The notes under the pieces: model-generated | Told to the model about the DNA's origin: nothing | Seen by the model: only the letters and a program-made list of their open reading frames with translations | The model's database searches: none | Translations under genes and position numbers: made by a program | Shown here: piece after piece, positions 37,280 through 46,986 of the stretch | Numbering within the stretch: position 1 is the first letter of the stretch | Layout of the letters: the number at the start of each line of letters is the position of its first letter | From: Desulfomonilia bacterium | Lineage (GTDB): Bacteria; Desulfobacterota; Desulfomonilia; UBA1062 | Direction of reading: 5' to 3' | Assembly: GCA_963664325.2 (NCBI GenBank) | Contig: CAXXDQ010000003.1 | Coordinates: forward strand, 960,001-1,024,000 | DNA length: 64,000 nucleotides

Positions 37280-39946
37280 ATGACAACGAAATATCTGATG
37301 GCAATCGATATTGGAGGAGGCTCCGGACGGTGCCTTCTTCTCGATCCGGAAACCGGAGCTGTAAAGACGGCAAAGCGGAACTGGACGCATCCGGTGGCGC
37401 CGGGCACCAGCGGTCTCGGGTACTCGATGGACACCGGCGATATCCTTGGAAAGCTTGGCGAGGCGTCTTGTGAGGTGCTGGCAAAGGCCGGGGCGGAGCC
37501 GGGCCGGATCGCCGGCATTTCCGTAAGCGGCATGAGGAACACCGTTGTTGTCCTGGACGCCCGGCACGATGTTCTGCTGGCCACGCCCAACCGGGACGCC
37601 AGAGCGCTGGGTGAAGGGTTGATGCTCGGGTTTGAACGGGGAGCGGAGGTTCATGCCATAACCGGCCACTGGCCGACGCCCCTGTTCCTAGGCACACGTC
37701 TCATCTGGATGAAGAACAACGCCCCAGACCTTTTCAAGCGCGCGGCGACCGCCTTGTCCGTCACGGACTGGCTTGCATTCGTTCTTACCGGAAATGCCGC
37801 TTCCGAAAACTCCCAGGCGGGCGAATCGCTCCTCTTTGACATAAAAAAGCGTGAATGGGCATTTGACCTGATCGATTCTCTCGGAATCCCCAGACAGCTT
37901 TTCCCCGCACCTGTGGCCTCGGGCGCGCCTCTCGGCACCCTTACCAGGGAAGCAGCCGGCCTGCTGGGGCTTGTCCCGGGCATACCCGTTGCCGCGGGCG
38001 GGGCAGACACCCAGTGCGGTCTGCTCGGGGCCGGTGCCGTAATGGACTGCGACCTTGCCGTAATAGCGGGTACAACCATGCCTCTGCAGCTGGTGACGGA
38101 TGACCTTGTACTTGATGAATCGGGCAAGCTCTGGAGCGGACTGCATGTTGTCCCGGGGAAATATTTCCTTGAGAGCAACGGTCTTGTCACAGGAGATACG
38201 ATTGACTGGTTCGCTCGCATGCTCTATCCCGATTCGCCGGACCCGTCGCTCAGCCTTTTTGCCGAAGCGGAAAAGTCGCTTCCCGGCGCGGCCGGAATAT
38301 ATTCCACCTTCGGTGCCGCCCTGTTCGACGGAAGGGTGGTGGGCCTTCCCATTGGGAACCTTACCCTTTCCCATATGGTGACGGGCGATCCGTCGCGCGG
38401 CCGCAGGCACATGGTACGCGCCCTTGTCGAAGGGATAGCGTTCTCGGTGCGCGCCAATCTCGAACAGATAACCACGGTCTCGGGCAGAAAGATACCGGCG
38501 GTAAAGCTCGCGGGAGGCATGTCCAGGAGCGGGCTCTTTGCGCAGATCATTTCCGACGTGACCGGATGCGCCGTGGACGTCCCGGCAACAGCAGAGGTCT
38601 CATCCGTGGGCGCGGCCATACTGGCGGGCGTCGGGGCCGGGATATTTGAAAATCCCTCATCCGGCGTGAAGGCCGCAGCCGGGGCCTTCGATGAATGCCG
38701 TCCGGGGAAAGCCGCGGAAAAATATCAGAACCTTTATACCGGCTGGAGGCAGGCCTTCGACAAGCGTGCCGAGACTGATGCGCACATCGGCAATCTCCTT
38801 ACAACCGCCATGCTCGAGGCTTCGCCTGACGCGGGCCGGGCGGCGGACGCATCTTTTTCACCGAAAATATTTATAACCGCATCTCTGGAGAAGAATGCGA
38901 TCGGCGAATTTAAAAATATCGGCGAGGTGTCTTACGCCGGCTGGCGGGAGACCATGAAGCTGTACGACGGAGGAGAGGAGCTTGCCGGAGCGCTTTCCGG
39001 CGTACAGATTCTGATAACGGAAATGGATGTGGTGGACTTTCAGGCCATCCGCGATGCCAAAGACCTCAGGGCGATCGTAACCTGCCGCGGAAATGCCGTG
39101 AACGTTGACATCAAGGCCGCGACCGCCTACGGCATCCCGGTGATGAACACGCCCGGACGTAACGCGGACGCGGTCGCCGACCTGACGGTCGCCTTCATGG
39201 TGATGCTCGCCCGGAAGATGCCCGGGTCTCTGGACTTCCTCAAGCACGGAGACGTGAAATCGGGCGATATGGCCAGGATGGGAGAGGCCTATCTCAAATA
39301 TCAGGGCAGGGAGCTCTGGAGAAAGACTATAGGCCTTGTAGGCATGGGAAGTGTCGGGGCCGGCGTGGCTGCCAGACTGTCCCGTTTCGGTGCCAGGGTT
39401 ATCTTCTGTGATCCGATGGTGACCGAAGGCGCCGGTTCCCTGCTTTCGGCGCAAAAGGTTTGCCTCGAAGAGCTTCTTGCCGAAAGCGATTTCATAAGCA
39501 TTCATGCCCCTGCAATCGAGGCGACCAGAGGGATGATAAACCGCGGGGCTTTCGAGCGGATGAAGACCGGGGCGTATTTTATAAACACCGCAAGGGCGTC
39601 CCTTGTCGATGATGAGGCGCTTCTGTGGGCCCTTACAACAGGGAAGATCGCGGGCGCGGCGCTGGATGTGTTCTCTGCCGAACCCCCCGCATCGGACGAT
39701 GCAATAGTCTCGCACCCTAATGTTCTAGCCACCCCGCACCTGGGAGGAAACACGGAGGAGACCGCTTCTCATCAGGGGGTGATCGCTGTAGACCAGGTCA
39801 GGAAGCTTATGGCCGGGGAGAAACCGGAATACATCCTGAATCCCGGGGTGCTTGAAACCTTCACATGGTCAGGCCCCCGCCCGGAGCCGGACGGGAAGAA
39901 AAAGGACGAGCTTTCTAAAAACAAGCGGCCTACAATCGCGTCATGA
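37280..39946 (+). CDS. FGGY carbohydrate kinase fused to a D-2-hydroxyacid dehydrogenase
   Basis: AIDIGGGSGR, GGADTQCG, EGIAF, AGGMSRS; then NTPGRNADAVAD, GMGSVG, INTARA, LDVF.EP, TPHLGG. Confidence 0.85.
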   Translation: MTTKYLMAIDIGGGSGRCLLLDPETGAVKTAKRNWTHPVAPGTSGLGYSMDTGDILGKLGEASCEVLAKAGAEPGRIAGISVSGMRNTVVVLDARHDVLLATPNRDARALGEGLMLGFERGAEVHAITGHWPTPLFLGTRLIWMKNNAPDLFKRAATALSVTDWLAFVLTGNAASENSQAGESLLFDIKKREWAFDLIDSLGIPRQLFPAPVASGAPLGTLTREAAGLLGLVPGIPVAAGGADTQCGLLGAGAVMDCDLAVIAGTTMPLQLVTDDLVLDESGKLWSGLHVVPGKYFLESNGLVTGDTIDWFARMLYPDSPDPSLSLFAEAEKSLPGAAGIYSTFGAALFDGRVVGLPIGNLTLSHMVTGDPSRGRRHMVRALVEGIAFSVRANLEQITTVSGRKIPAVKLAGGMSRSGLFAQIISDVTGCAVDVPATAEVSSVGAAILAGVGAGIFENPSSGVKAAAGAFDECRPGKAAEKYQNLYTGWRQAFDKRAETDAHIGNLLTTAMLEASPDAGRAADASFSPKIFITASLEKNAIGEFKNIGEVSYAGWRETMKLYDGGEELAGALSGVQILITEMDVVDFQAIRDAKDLRAIVTCRGNAVNVDIKAATAYGIPVMNTPGRNADAVADLTVAFMVMLARKMPGSLDFLKHGDVKSGDMARMGEAYLKYQGRELWRKTIGLVGMGSVGAGVAARLSRFGARVIFCDPMVTEGAGSLLSAQKVCLEELLAESDFISIHAPAIEATRGMINRGAFERMKTGAYFINTARASLVDDEALLWALTTGKIAGAALDVFSAEPPASDDAIVSHPNVLATPHLGGNTEETASHQGVIAVDQVRKLMAGEKPEYILNPGVLETFTWSGPRPEPDGKKKDELSKNKRPTIAS

Positions 39947-39990
39947 TTAAAGCCGCAGGCATAAAAGTTTGAAAGGAGAGGAAAGAGTAT

Positions 39991-40674
39991 ATGGGTACAT
40001 ATGACAAATACAAGAATGAAGTGCTTCAGGCGAGCCTCTGGCTGTCGGACAACGGTTATTTCGGTTCTCTGCGAGGCACGGGAGGCAACGTTTCAGTAAG
40101 GATCGACGGCGAGGACCTGATGGCTGTTACCCCGTCTTCGGTGAAATACCACGAGATTGCCACGGAAGACATATGCATATGCAATCTTTCCGGTGCAGTG
40201 GTGGAAGGGGCCCGCGCCCCGTCGGTGGAGGCCGGGATGCATGCCTCTGTCTACCGTGAGCGGCCGGATGCAAATGCAGTCGTGCATACGCATCAGATAT
40301 ACGGCAGCGTATTCGCCCTGCTGAACAAGTCTATCCCTGCGCTTTTCGACGAGGTGGCTTTCACGCTCGGCGAATCGGTCGAGGTCGCTCCCTACGCCAT
40401 CTCCGGCAGCCCCGAACTGGCGGCTAATGTTGCGGGTAAACTCGGCAACAACGCAAATGCGTACATCATCCAGAATCACGGGATAATCACGCTGGGCAAG
40501 AATATGGACAAGGCGCTTCTTGCGGCCGAACTTCTTGAGAAGATCGCCCACATATACTGTCTGGCCCTTTCCACCGGACTGCCGGTAACGATGCTTCCCA
40601 AGGAAATCGGCGATATGGCGAAAGGCATGAGGGAATACGAGGTGGGCGAGGCGAAGAAGAAGGCGGCAAAATAG
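39991..40674 (+). CDS. Class II aldolase/adducin family (fuculose-1-phosphate aldolase-like)
   Basis: GNVSVR, TPS, PSVEAGMH, VHTH, NHG. Confidence 0.9.
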   Translation: MGTYDKYKNEVLQASLWLSDNGYFGSLRGTGGNVSVRIDGEDLMAVTPSSVKYHEIATEDICICNLSGAVVEGARAPSVEAGMHASVYRERPDANAVVHTHQIYGSVFALLNKSIPALFDEVAFTLGESVEVAPYAISGSPELAANVAGKLGNNANAYIIQNHGIITLGKNMDKALLAAELLEKIAHIYCLALSTGLPVTMLPKEIGDMAKGMREYEVGEAKKKAAK

Positions 40675-40966
40675 CGGGAGTCCGGGTTTACTTCGCGCCT
40701 TGCTCTGTTGTCATCATCGCTGCGGGTCTTCTCATACAGTAATGCATGCTCCGGCCCGCTCCTCTTTGACGCGCCGTCACGCACAGATGATTCCCCTGGC
40801 CGGAAGAGATTTTCAGTATTCCCTGAGCGTGTCCTGTAACTGAAAACAAGCAATGGGGAACATCAACCGGGATATTCATTTCCGGGAGAATTTCCGGGAG
40901 AAATAATCCGGCTGTTACAGGATCGCATTCTACATTCTTTTCTTTAATGGATCGGGATGAATGCTT

Positions 40967-41587
40967 TTACAAGGGACTTCCCTGAAAGCCCTGGATTGCC
41001 AGGAACCTGACTTCATTTTTGGCCGGGTCAAAGAGGGCGATCGTACCGTTTCCCGCCGCGCCTACCGTGATGATGTAGCGCAGATCCTGACCAAGAACCA
41101 CTGTCCCTGTTGCCGGGATTTGCATCTCATGAGGTATTCCCTCTTTTACCTCGACAACGGACGGAGTGTGCGAATGCCCGCGGAATATAAGCCTGTGCTT
41201 TTCCGGATGAAGGCTGTGTATGAACTCGCCGATGGGCCTTCTCGTGGCAGCAGGCCATTCGAAAGGGGATGAGTGCGTGAAGGTGAGTCCGCCGGATCTG
41301 ATCGTATAGGGAAGAGCTTTCATGTAATCTATGGTTTCTTTCTTTAGCCCTTCGGTCAGGCTGTCGGCAATAACAATATAGTCGTTGTTTCCCAGGACCG
41401 CTGAGACGTTGTTTTCTTTAAGTATGCGCACCGCCCCGTCAAGCGCGCCGGGATCGAGCGAATCGCATATGTCTCCCAGGTGGATTATCTTTACAGCGCC
41501 CAGAGACCTGAGCTTTACAATTGCCTTTTCAAGCAGCCTGTTGTTGCTGTGTGTGTCTGCAAGCAATCCTGTAAGGCTTTTGTTCAT
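40967..41587 (-). CDS. Calcineurin-like metallophosphoesterase (YfcE-like)
   Basis: DTH, GDICD, GNND, TH, GHSH motifs; ATGA overlap with the upstream ThiF gene. Confidence 0.85.
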   Translation of the reverse strand: MNKSLTGLLADTHSNNRLLEKAIVKLRSLGAVKIIHLGDICDSLDPGALDGAVRILKENNVSAVLGNNDYIVIADSLTEGLKKETIDYMKALPYTIRSGGLTFTHSSPFEWPAATRRPIGEFIHSLHPEKHRLIFRGHSHTPSVVEVKEGIPHEMQIPATGTVVLGQDLRYIITVGAAGNGTIALFDPAKNEVRFLAIQGFQGSPL

Positions 41588-42513
41588 GACGGCCTGTCTT
41601 GCCTGATCTTAAGGAATTTAAAAACCTTCCTCCAGAACCAGAATGCCTGGCGGTGGAAGTGCTGGCCGCGGCCGTTGCCGAAAAGCTTCCAGCCTAATTC
41701 CCTGTGATATTTTATGAACAGGCTGAAGCGGCTCAGCCTGACACTGCCTTTGCTTATATACCAGCACCGGGGAGCTTTTACTGGTTCCCATCTGCCGGAT
41801 GCAAGTTTTACGGTCTCCAGCGCAGCCAGACTTGCAGCCAGCCATGAAACCGGACAGATGAGCGCAAGCTGTCTGTTGCCAAGGAAATAATCCCAGTACC
41901 AGCCCACGCGCCAGTCGCCGGATGTTATGAAATTATACTGCGCGCAGCGATAGGCCCTTGTATGCATGACGGTCCTCAGGCCTTTATAGCCGAGCTTAGG
42001 TATGCCGAAGACATCCTCGATGGAAGGTGTTGATTCATCCATGACGCTCACCCAGGCCATGGCCCCTGAAGGCATGCAGAGGACGGCGGGCTTGCCATGC
42101 TTTTTCGCGGCGCGGAAAACAAGGATGCTGTAGGACAGGTCATCGACGGCAGGGATGATGATGTCGGCGGATTGAACCAGGGTCTCGATCCCGGCTTCAT
42201 CAGGGAGGTGCTCCAGGCCTGTTATGCTTATGCCGGGATTGATCGCCCTGAGCGAATCGCGGATCACGCTGATTTTGTTCTTGCCGATAGTGTCCGTACT
42301 GCAAAAAGGCTGGCGGTTTGCATCCTGGCTGGCATAGGTGTCGGCCCCGGCAATCGTGATGTTTTCAAAACCGCTTCTTGCCAGCACGGCCGCGATTGTT
42401 TCGCCGGCGCCGCTGTCGCCCACAATGAGTATCCTGGAATTACGGACTTTTTCCTGTTCGGCCTCCGTGAGGACACCGTAGTTGCGCTTGAACAGTTCTT
42501 TATAATCAGACAT
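41584..42513 (-). CDS. ThiF/E1-like protein, paralogue 2 (degenerate ATP-binding motifs)
   Basis: FKRNYG..EQEK, GDSGAG in place of GxGGxG, SQDANRQ in place of SNxNRQ, ALICP; start at 42513 overlaps the upstream stop. Confidence 0.8.
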   Translation of the reverse strand: MSDYKELFKRNYGVLTEAEQEKVRNSRILIVGDSGAGETIAAVLARSGFENITIAGADTYASQDANRQPFCSTDTIGKNKISVIRDSLRAINPGISITGLEHLPDEAGIETLVQSADIIIPAVDDLSYSILVFRAAKKHGKPAVLCMPSGAMAWVSVMDESTPSIEDVFGIPKLGYKGLRTVMHTRAYRCAQYNFITSGDWRVGWYWDYFLGNRQLALICPVSWLAASLAALETVKLASGRWEPVKAPRCWYISKGSVRLSRFSLFIKYHRELGWKLFGNGRGQHFHRQAFWFWRKVFKFLKIRQDRPS

Positions 42514-43456
42514 TTCTTTTTCTTTCGATAAAGCCGTAAAGCTTCCTGAAGGCCGCCCACCATATCTTCTGTCCCAGTTCAAGGGCAGGCGCAAAGGGCG
42601 TCTGGAACAGTCTGTACATCAGCTTTCTCTGCCACACCAGGAGCGAGGTGATGCTCAGGCCGTTTACCCTCTGAACTTTAATGCGGTTGTGCGTTATTGA
42701 GTAATACCTGGGCGAGGAGACGGCTTCCCATTTGCCGGATATGGTCTTGACGATTTCCATGGCGCCTATTGACGAGCAGATCCAGACAATTGGACAGAGC
42801 TGTGTCGGCGGGGCCCCGTCGAACACAAAGGATTTGTAATAGTCGATTTTCCAGCTTGCCATCGGCACATAGAAGTATGTCCCGAACTTGTATCTGGGGG
42901 TAATAAACATCTCATGCAGCTCTTCATAAGTCTTGAGCCAGGGCACCCCCTCTATATCCTCTACCGGCGGACTGTCCGGCATAATCATGCTGACATGCGC
43001 CCAGGTGCCTGACGGTACGACGAACAGGGCCGGTTTCTCAAGTCTTTGCGCATCCCTGAAGACGATCAGGCTGAATGCGAAATCATCGGCTGCAGGGAAA
43101 ACGACATCGACTTTTTTTATAAGCTCTTCGATCTCCCGGTGATTCATTCTTGTTGCATTAACCTCGACTTTTGCATCGGGGTTTATCTTCCTGATATATT
43201 CTGCAACAGCTTCCGCCTTGTTTATGCCCAGGGTATTTTCAAAGCAGCATATCTGGCGGTTCATGTTGGAGGGCTCATATTTGTCCGGCTCAATAAGGAT
43301 GAAATTTTCAACGCCCGAGCGGGCAAGGATTATTGCCACAGTCCCGCCTATGCCGCCGCATCCGATAATAAGGATTTTGGCCGCCTTCAGCAGCGACTGC
43401 TCCCTTTCGGTAAATATACCGTAATTCCTTTCAAACAGTTTCCGGTAATTATCCAC
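42506..43456 (-). CDS. ThiF/E1-like adenylyltransferase, paralogue 1
   Basis: FERNYG..EQSLL, IGCGGIGG, D..EPSNMNRQ, GINKAE, AADD, QLCP; GGGAGG RBS. Confidence 0.9.
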   Translation of the reverse strand: MDNYRKLFERNYGIFTEREQSLLKAAKILIIGCGGIGGTVAIILARSGVENFILIEPDKYEPSNMNRQICCFENTLGINKAEAVAEYIRKINPDAKVEVNATRMNHREIEELIKKVDVVFPAADDFAFSLIVFRDAQRLEKPALFVVPSGTWAHVSMIMPDSPPVEDIEGVPWLKTYEELHEMFITPRYKFGTYFYVPMASWKIDYYKSFVFDGAPPTQLCPIVWICSSIGAMEIVKTISGKWEAVSSPRYYSITHNRIKVQRVNGLSITSLLVWQRKLMYRLFQTPFAPALELGQKIWWAAFRKLYGFIERKRNV

Positions 43457-43550
43457 GGCCTCCTCCCTGAAGACGTGAGATTATACTAACATAAAAAAAT
43501 ATCAACACAGAAGGTGGAATTGAATCGGTGTTTCATGTAATATCCGGGAA

Positions 43551-44570
43551 ATGGAAGCACCTGACATGCAAGACGCGAACAATGATAAACCGGCAATCAA
43601 AAAGCAGATACTCATAATGATTGCGGCTTTCTGCGCCCTTTGCCTTTACTTTGTCCTGAGCTGGATGATCGATATCAGGTATGCCTCGAAAGAGGAGGAA
43701 AGGTATTCAAAAGAGCTGGTATCGAAAGCCCAGACAGCGGGCGATATTCTCTCTGCCAGGGTTAAAAATCTGGCCGATGCCCTTGACATTTTCCGAAGGA
43801 TCTACCTGACCGAGTTTGCCGGGGAAAAAAGAGGCATCGGCTCGGTGATCGACCTTTTCGAGGAAGAGCTCAATTCGTTTCCGGAGCTGGTCAGCCTCTC
43901 GTACATGAATGCGACATCAGAGCTTGTTTATGCCAGAGGCATAGAAGGCGATGAAGGCGAGGCTGCCGTCAACGCCGCCATTGACTGGTCAAAGGAATAC
44001 TGGTCCAGGCTAGGCCCGGATGATGAAAAGCCTTTTTACACACCGGTAAAAAAAGCGGACAGGTATTACTTGCAGGGCGTTATATTTCCTGTAACGCTGG
44101 ATGAAAAGATCGCAGGCGGCCTCATCGCGGTGACAGATATGGGAACAGCAATGTCAAAGACCTTTGAACTCGCAGATATCCAGGAAGGCACAACCATCTT
44201 CCTGATCGATACGACAGGTGAGGTAATCTCTTCTTCGGGCAACGGTGAATCAATGAAATCACCCGACGCTTCCTTTATCACAAAAGATTTCATGAAAAAG
44301 GTCCTGTTGTCTCAAAACGGGTGTCTGACTACGGTGGTTAAACCAAAGGGAACGGGAAAGACAAGGCTGTCAGGCCAGCTTATTACGGCATGGCAGCAGG
44401 TAAGGCTCGGCTCGAAGGATGCCGTTGTCGTTATGACTTCACCCGCTGAAAACGCTGTCATGATATTTAAAAAAGCCAGGTTTACCCACATGATACTTGA
44501 GTTTGTTTTTGCAGTCCTTGTGGCCATGATTCTGGCCGTGTTTTTATTGAAGAACCGCAGTTCCTGCTGA
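43551..44570 (+). CDS. Two-TM membrane protein with a Cache-like extracytoplasmic domain and no output domain
   Basis: N- and C-terminal TMs; PVTLDEKIAGGLIA and IFLIDTTGEVI Cache-like strands. Confidence 0.55.
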   Translation: MEAPDMQDANNDKPAIKKQILIMIAAFCALCLYFVLSWMIDIRYASKEEERYSKELVSKAQTAGDILSARVKNLADALDIFRRIYLTEFAGEKRGIGSVIDLFEEELNSFPELVSLSYMNATSELVYARGIEGDEGEAAVNAAIDWSKEYWSRLGPDDEKPFYTPVKKADRYYLQGVIFPVTLDEKIAGGLIAVTDMGTAMSKTFELADIQEGTTIFLIDTTGEVISSSGNGESMKSPDASFITKDFMKKVLLSQNGCLTTVVKPKGTGKTRLSGQLITAWQQVRLGSKDAVVVMTSPAENAVMIFKKARFTHMILEFVFAVLVAMILAVFLLKNRSSC

Positions 44571-44682
44571 TGCATCAGAACTGGAGATTTTCCCTGTCGC
44601 GCTTTTCATGATGTGCGCTTGATGCAGGCCGGCCGGTGTGTTAATCACTCGTTATTGTCATAAATTAAATATGGAGGAAATT

Positions 44683-46260
44683 ATGCAGGGCAGGATACCG
44701 AACGGAATAACCAGGCGTGAATTCATTGCATGGACAATTGCGGCGGCCGCAGTGTCCGCGCTTCCGGTAAAGGGCCATGCAGAAGAAAAGCCCTTAACCT
44801 CCCTGCCCAATATAGATAAAAACCGCGATGTGCTGCTTTATAACTGCAATGTAATAGATGTCCGCACGGGAAAACTCGTTCCGAATGCGCACATCCTTTA
44901 TCAGAAGGGAAAGATTGTTTCCGTCTCTGCGGGTGAGGCCGGTCCCGGCCATGCGCAGAAGATAAACCTTGAAGGGGCCTATGTAATACCGGGGCTGATT
45001 GACGGGCATTGCCATACGACCGCTTCCCCTGTTTTCGGTTCAAGCATCTGGGGACTTGCCAAGCTTATAAAGGAGCAGAGAAAGCATTTTCCGGCCTGCA
45101 TCAACGGCGGCGTGACAACCGTGAGGGACCTGGGCGCCTTCCCGCCGATTCTGCACGGATACATCGAAGATATTGACAAGGGAAAGCTCACAGGTCCGAG
45201 GATCGCTTACTGCAATTCAATAATAAATATTAACGGCGGGCATCCCGATATAAAACCGACCGATATAACCATATTTGCCGACCTGGCCAAACCTTTTATC
45301 GGAATGCTCCAGGCAAACTTCAAAAACGATAAGGAATTGAAGGAGGCGCTTGAGGAAAATACCCGTGATGCATCGTTCATCAAGCTCACCATGGACAACC
45401 TCTCGATATTCGCGGGCAAAGGAGAGATACCTGTTTACAGCGACGGGCAGCTTAAAATGATATTTGACTACGCCGATAAAAAAGGCCTGCCTGTTTCATG
45501 CCACAACCACCGGAAATGGGGCTATGACCGCGCGATGAAATATCCCTTCAATTCGATCGAGCACATGGTAGGGGATGCTTATCTCAGTGATGATGAAGTG
45601 GAACTGATGGTCAAGAAGAATGTTTCCATCGTGCCGACTCTGACCATTGCCCAGTGCTTTTTGATTGAAGATGCATATGACACTGTCCCGGCGCAGTTCA
45701 GGAATGATTTTATAGATAATGAAGTGAGGATCAGAAACGAATACGTCAATAACGATGCGTACAGGGATTTCGACCCTAAACTGCACCAGACAAACATGGA
45801 CTGCATGAAGCTCTATAAAACCATGGGCAAGGACAATCTCTATAAGAATAAAAAATTCCTGGTCGACCCGGACCTCTATTACGGGATTATGCTGCATGCC
45901 CCTCGGAACATCGGGAAGATGAAGGACGCAGGCGTGAACATCGGTGTGGGAATCGACGCCGGGATGCCGTTTGCATATTTCGGCGGATATCACCGTGAAC
46001 TCGAACTGCTCACCAGGGTGGGATTCACGAACGCCGAGGTGTTGAGATGCGCCACTCTGAACAATGCCAGGATCCTTTGCATGGAGGATAAGATCGGCTC
46101 GCTCGAACCGGGCAAATGCGCCGACATGGCCGTATATTCGGAGAACCCTCTTCAGAAGATCGAGGTATGCAGGACACCGAAAATAGTATTCAGGGATGGA
46201 GATATCCTTTTAAGTTCCGGCACGCTGAAGATTGATGATGCGGGAAAAGGGCCTGCCTGA
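44683..46260 (+). CDS. Amidohydrolase superfamily enzyme with a Tat signal
   Basis: TRREFI signal; PGLIDGHCH, GVTTVRDLG, IEH, GIDAG, GSLEPGKCAD. Confidence 0.85.
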   Translation: MQGRIPNGITRREFIAWTIAAAAVSALPVKGHAEEKPLTSLPNIDKNRDVLLYNCNVIDVRTGKLVPNAHILYQKGKIVSVSAGEAGPGHAQKINLEGAYVIPGLIDGHCHTTASPVFGSSIWGLAKLIKEQRKHFPACINGGVTTVRDLGAFPPILHGYIEDIDKGKLTGPRIAYCNSIININGGHPDIKPTDITIFADLAKPFIGMLQANFKNDKELKEALEENTRDASFIKLTMDNLSIFAGKGEIPVYSDGQLKMIFDYADKKGLPVSCHNHRKWGYDRAMKYPFNSIEHMVGDAYLSDDEVELMVKKNVSIVPTLTIAQCFLIEDAYDTVPAQFRNDFIDNEVRIRNEYVNNDAYRDFDPKLHQTNMDCMKLYKTMGKDNLYKNKKFLVDPDLYYGIMLHAPRNIGKMKDAGVNIGVGIDAGMPFAYFGGYHRELELLTRVGFTNAEVLRCATLNNARILCMEDKIGSLEPGKCADMAVYSENPLQKIEVCRTPKIVFRDGDILLSSGTLKIDDAGKGPA

Positions 46261-46393
46261 TAAAAAGCCTGGGAAATGATGGTCTGTAAAGAATTCAGAG
46301 ACTGTTCCGATTCATGGTGAACCAGGGTTTGTTTAAGAGTTTTTCTGTTTAATGTACTCCTGATTCAAGCTGGTTTTTCTTCAGGATTTCATC

Positions 46394-46444
46394 TTGCCAA
46401 CATAAGGCAACCATGATATAAGCCTGCTGTTAAAAAATTAACAG
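46394..46444 (+). promoter_or_regulatory. Sigma-70 promoter followed by a Rex-like operator
   Basis: TTGCCA-17 bp-TATAAG (46394-46422); palindrome CTGTTAAaaaaTTAACAG (46427-46444). Confidence 0.55.
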
Positions 46445-46470
46445 GCAAACAAAAATTCCAGGAGGCAAAC

Positions 46471-46974
46471 ATGTCAGCAGTTAAAGAAGCAAATCTCAGC
46501 GGCCTCGAGGAGTTCACATCCGAGCAGATAGCAAAAATGGATGCTATCATTAAAAGCTACAAGGGCAAACCGGGCGCACTTATCCCGGTGCTCGAACAGG
46601 TTCAGGAAGAGCTCGGATTTCTCCCGATGGCGGTTCAGCAAAGGGTGGCAAACGGTCTTAATCTCCCGGTTGCCAATGTCTACGGCGTCGTAACATTCTA
46701 TTCATTCTTCACAATGGTCCCGAGGGGCAAGCACAATATCCGCGTATGCCTTGGGACGGCTTGTTATGTCAGAGGTTCGCAGAGGCTTCTGGAAACCATT
46801 ACAAACATTCTCGGCATAGAGCCGGGCGGCTGCACGGAGGATAGACAGTTTTCACTTGAAACGGTCCGCTGCCTCGGTGCCTGCGGTCTGGCGCCTGTCG
46901 TTGTCGTCGATAACGACACGCATGGCCAGATGAAGGCTGCAAAGCTGGAAAGCTTGCTGGCACAGTACAAATAG
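46471..46974 (+). CDS. NuoE/HndA/HydC-like [2Fe-2S] subunit
   Basis: GVVTFYSFF, CLGTAC, CLGAC. Confidence 0.9.
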   Translation: MSAVKEANLSGLEEFTSEQIAKMDAIIKSYKGKPGALIPVLEQVQEELGFLPMAVQQRVANGLNLPVANVYGVVTFYSFFTMVPRGKHNIRVCLGTACYVRGSQRLLETITNILGIEPGGCTEDRQFSLETVRCLGACGLAPVVVVDNDTHGQMKAAKLESLLAQYK

Positions 46975-46986
46975 GAGGCTTACGTT

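Noticed and set aside
40878-40901. Tandem 12-mer atttccgggaga x2 and the 63-aa ORF 40688-40879
   Set aside because: Only two copies between convergent genes, likely a slippage duplication; the ORF has no recognisable features
41584-43456. ThiF pair as the modifying enzymes of the RiPP-like peptide
   Set aside because: No N-terminal RRE extension or YcaO partner, 10 kb away and in a separate operon; nothing in the sequence links them
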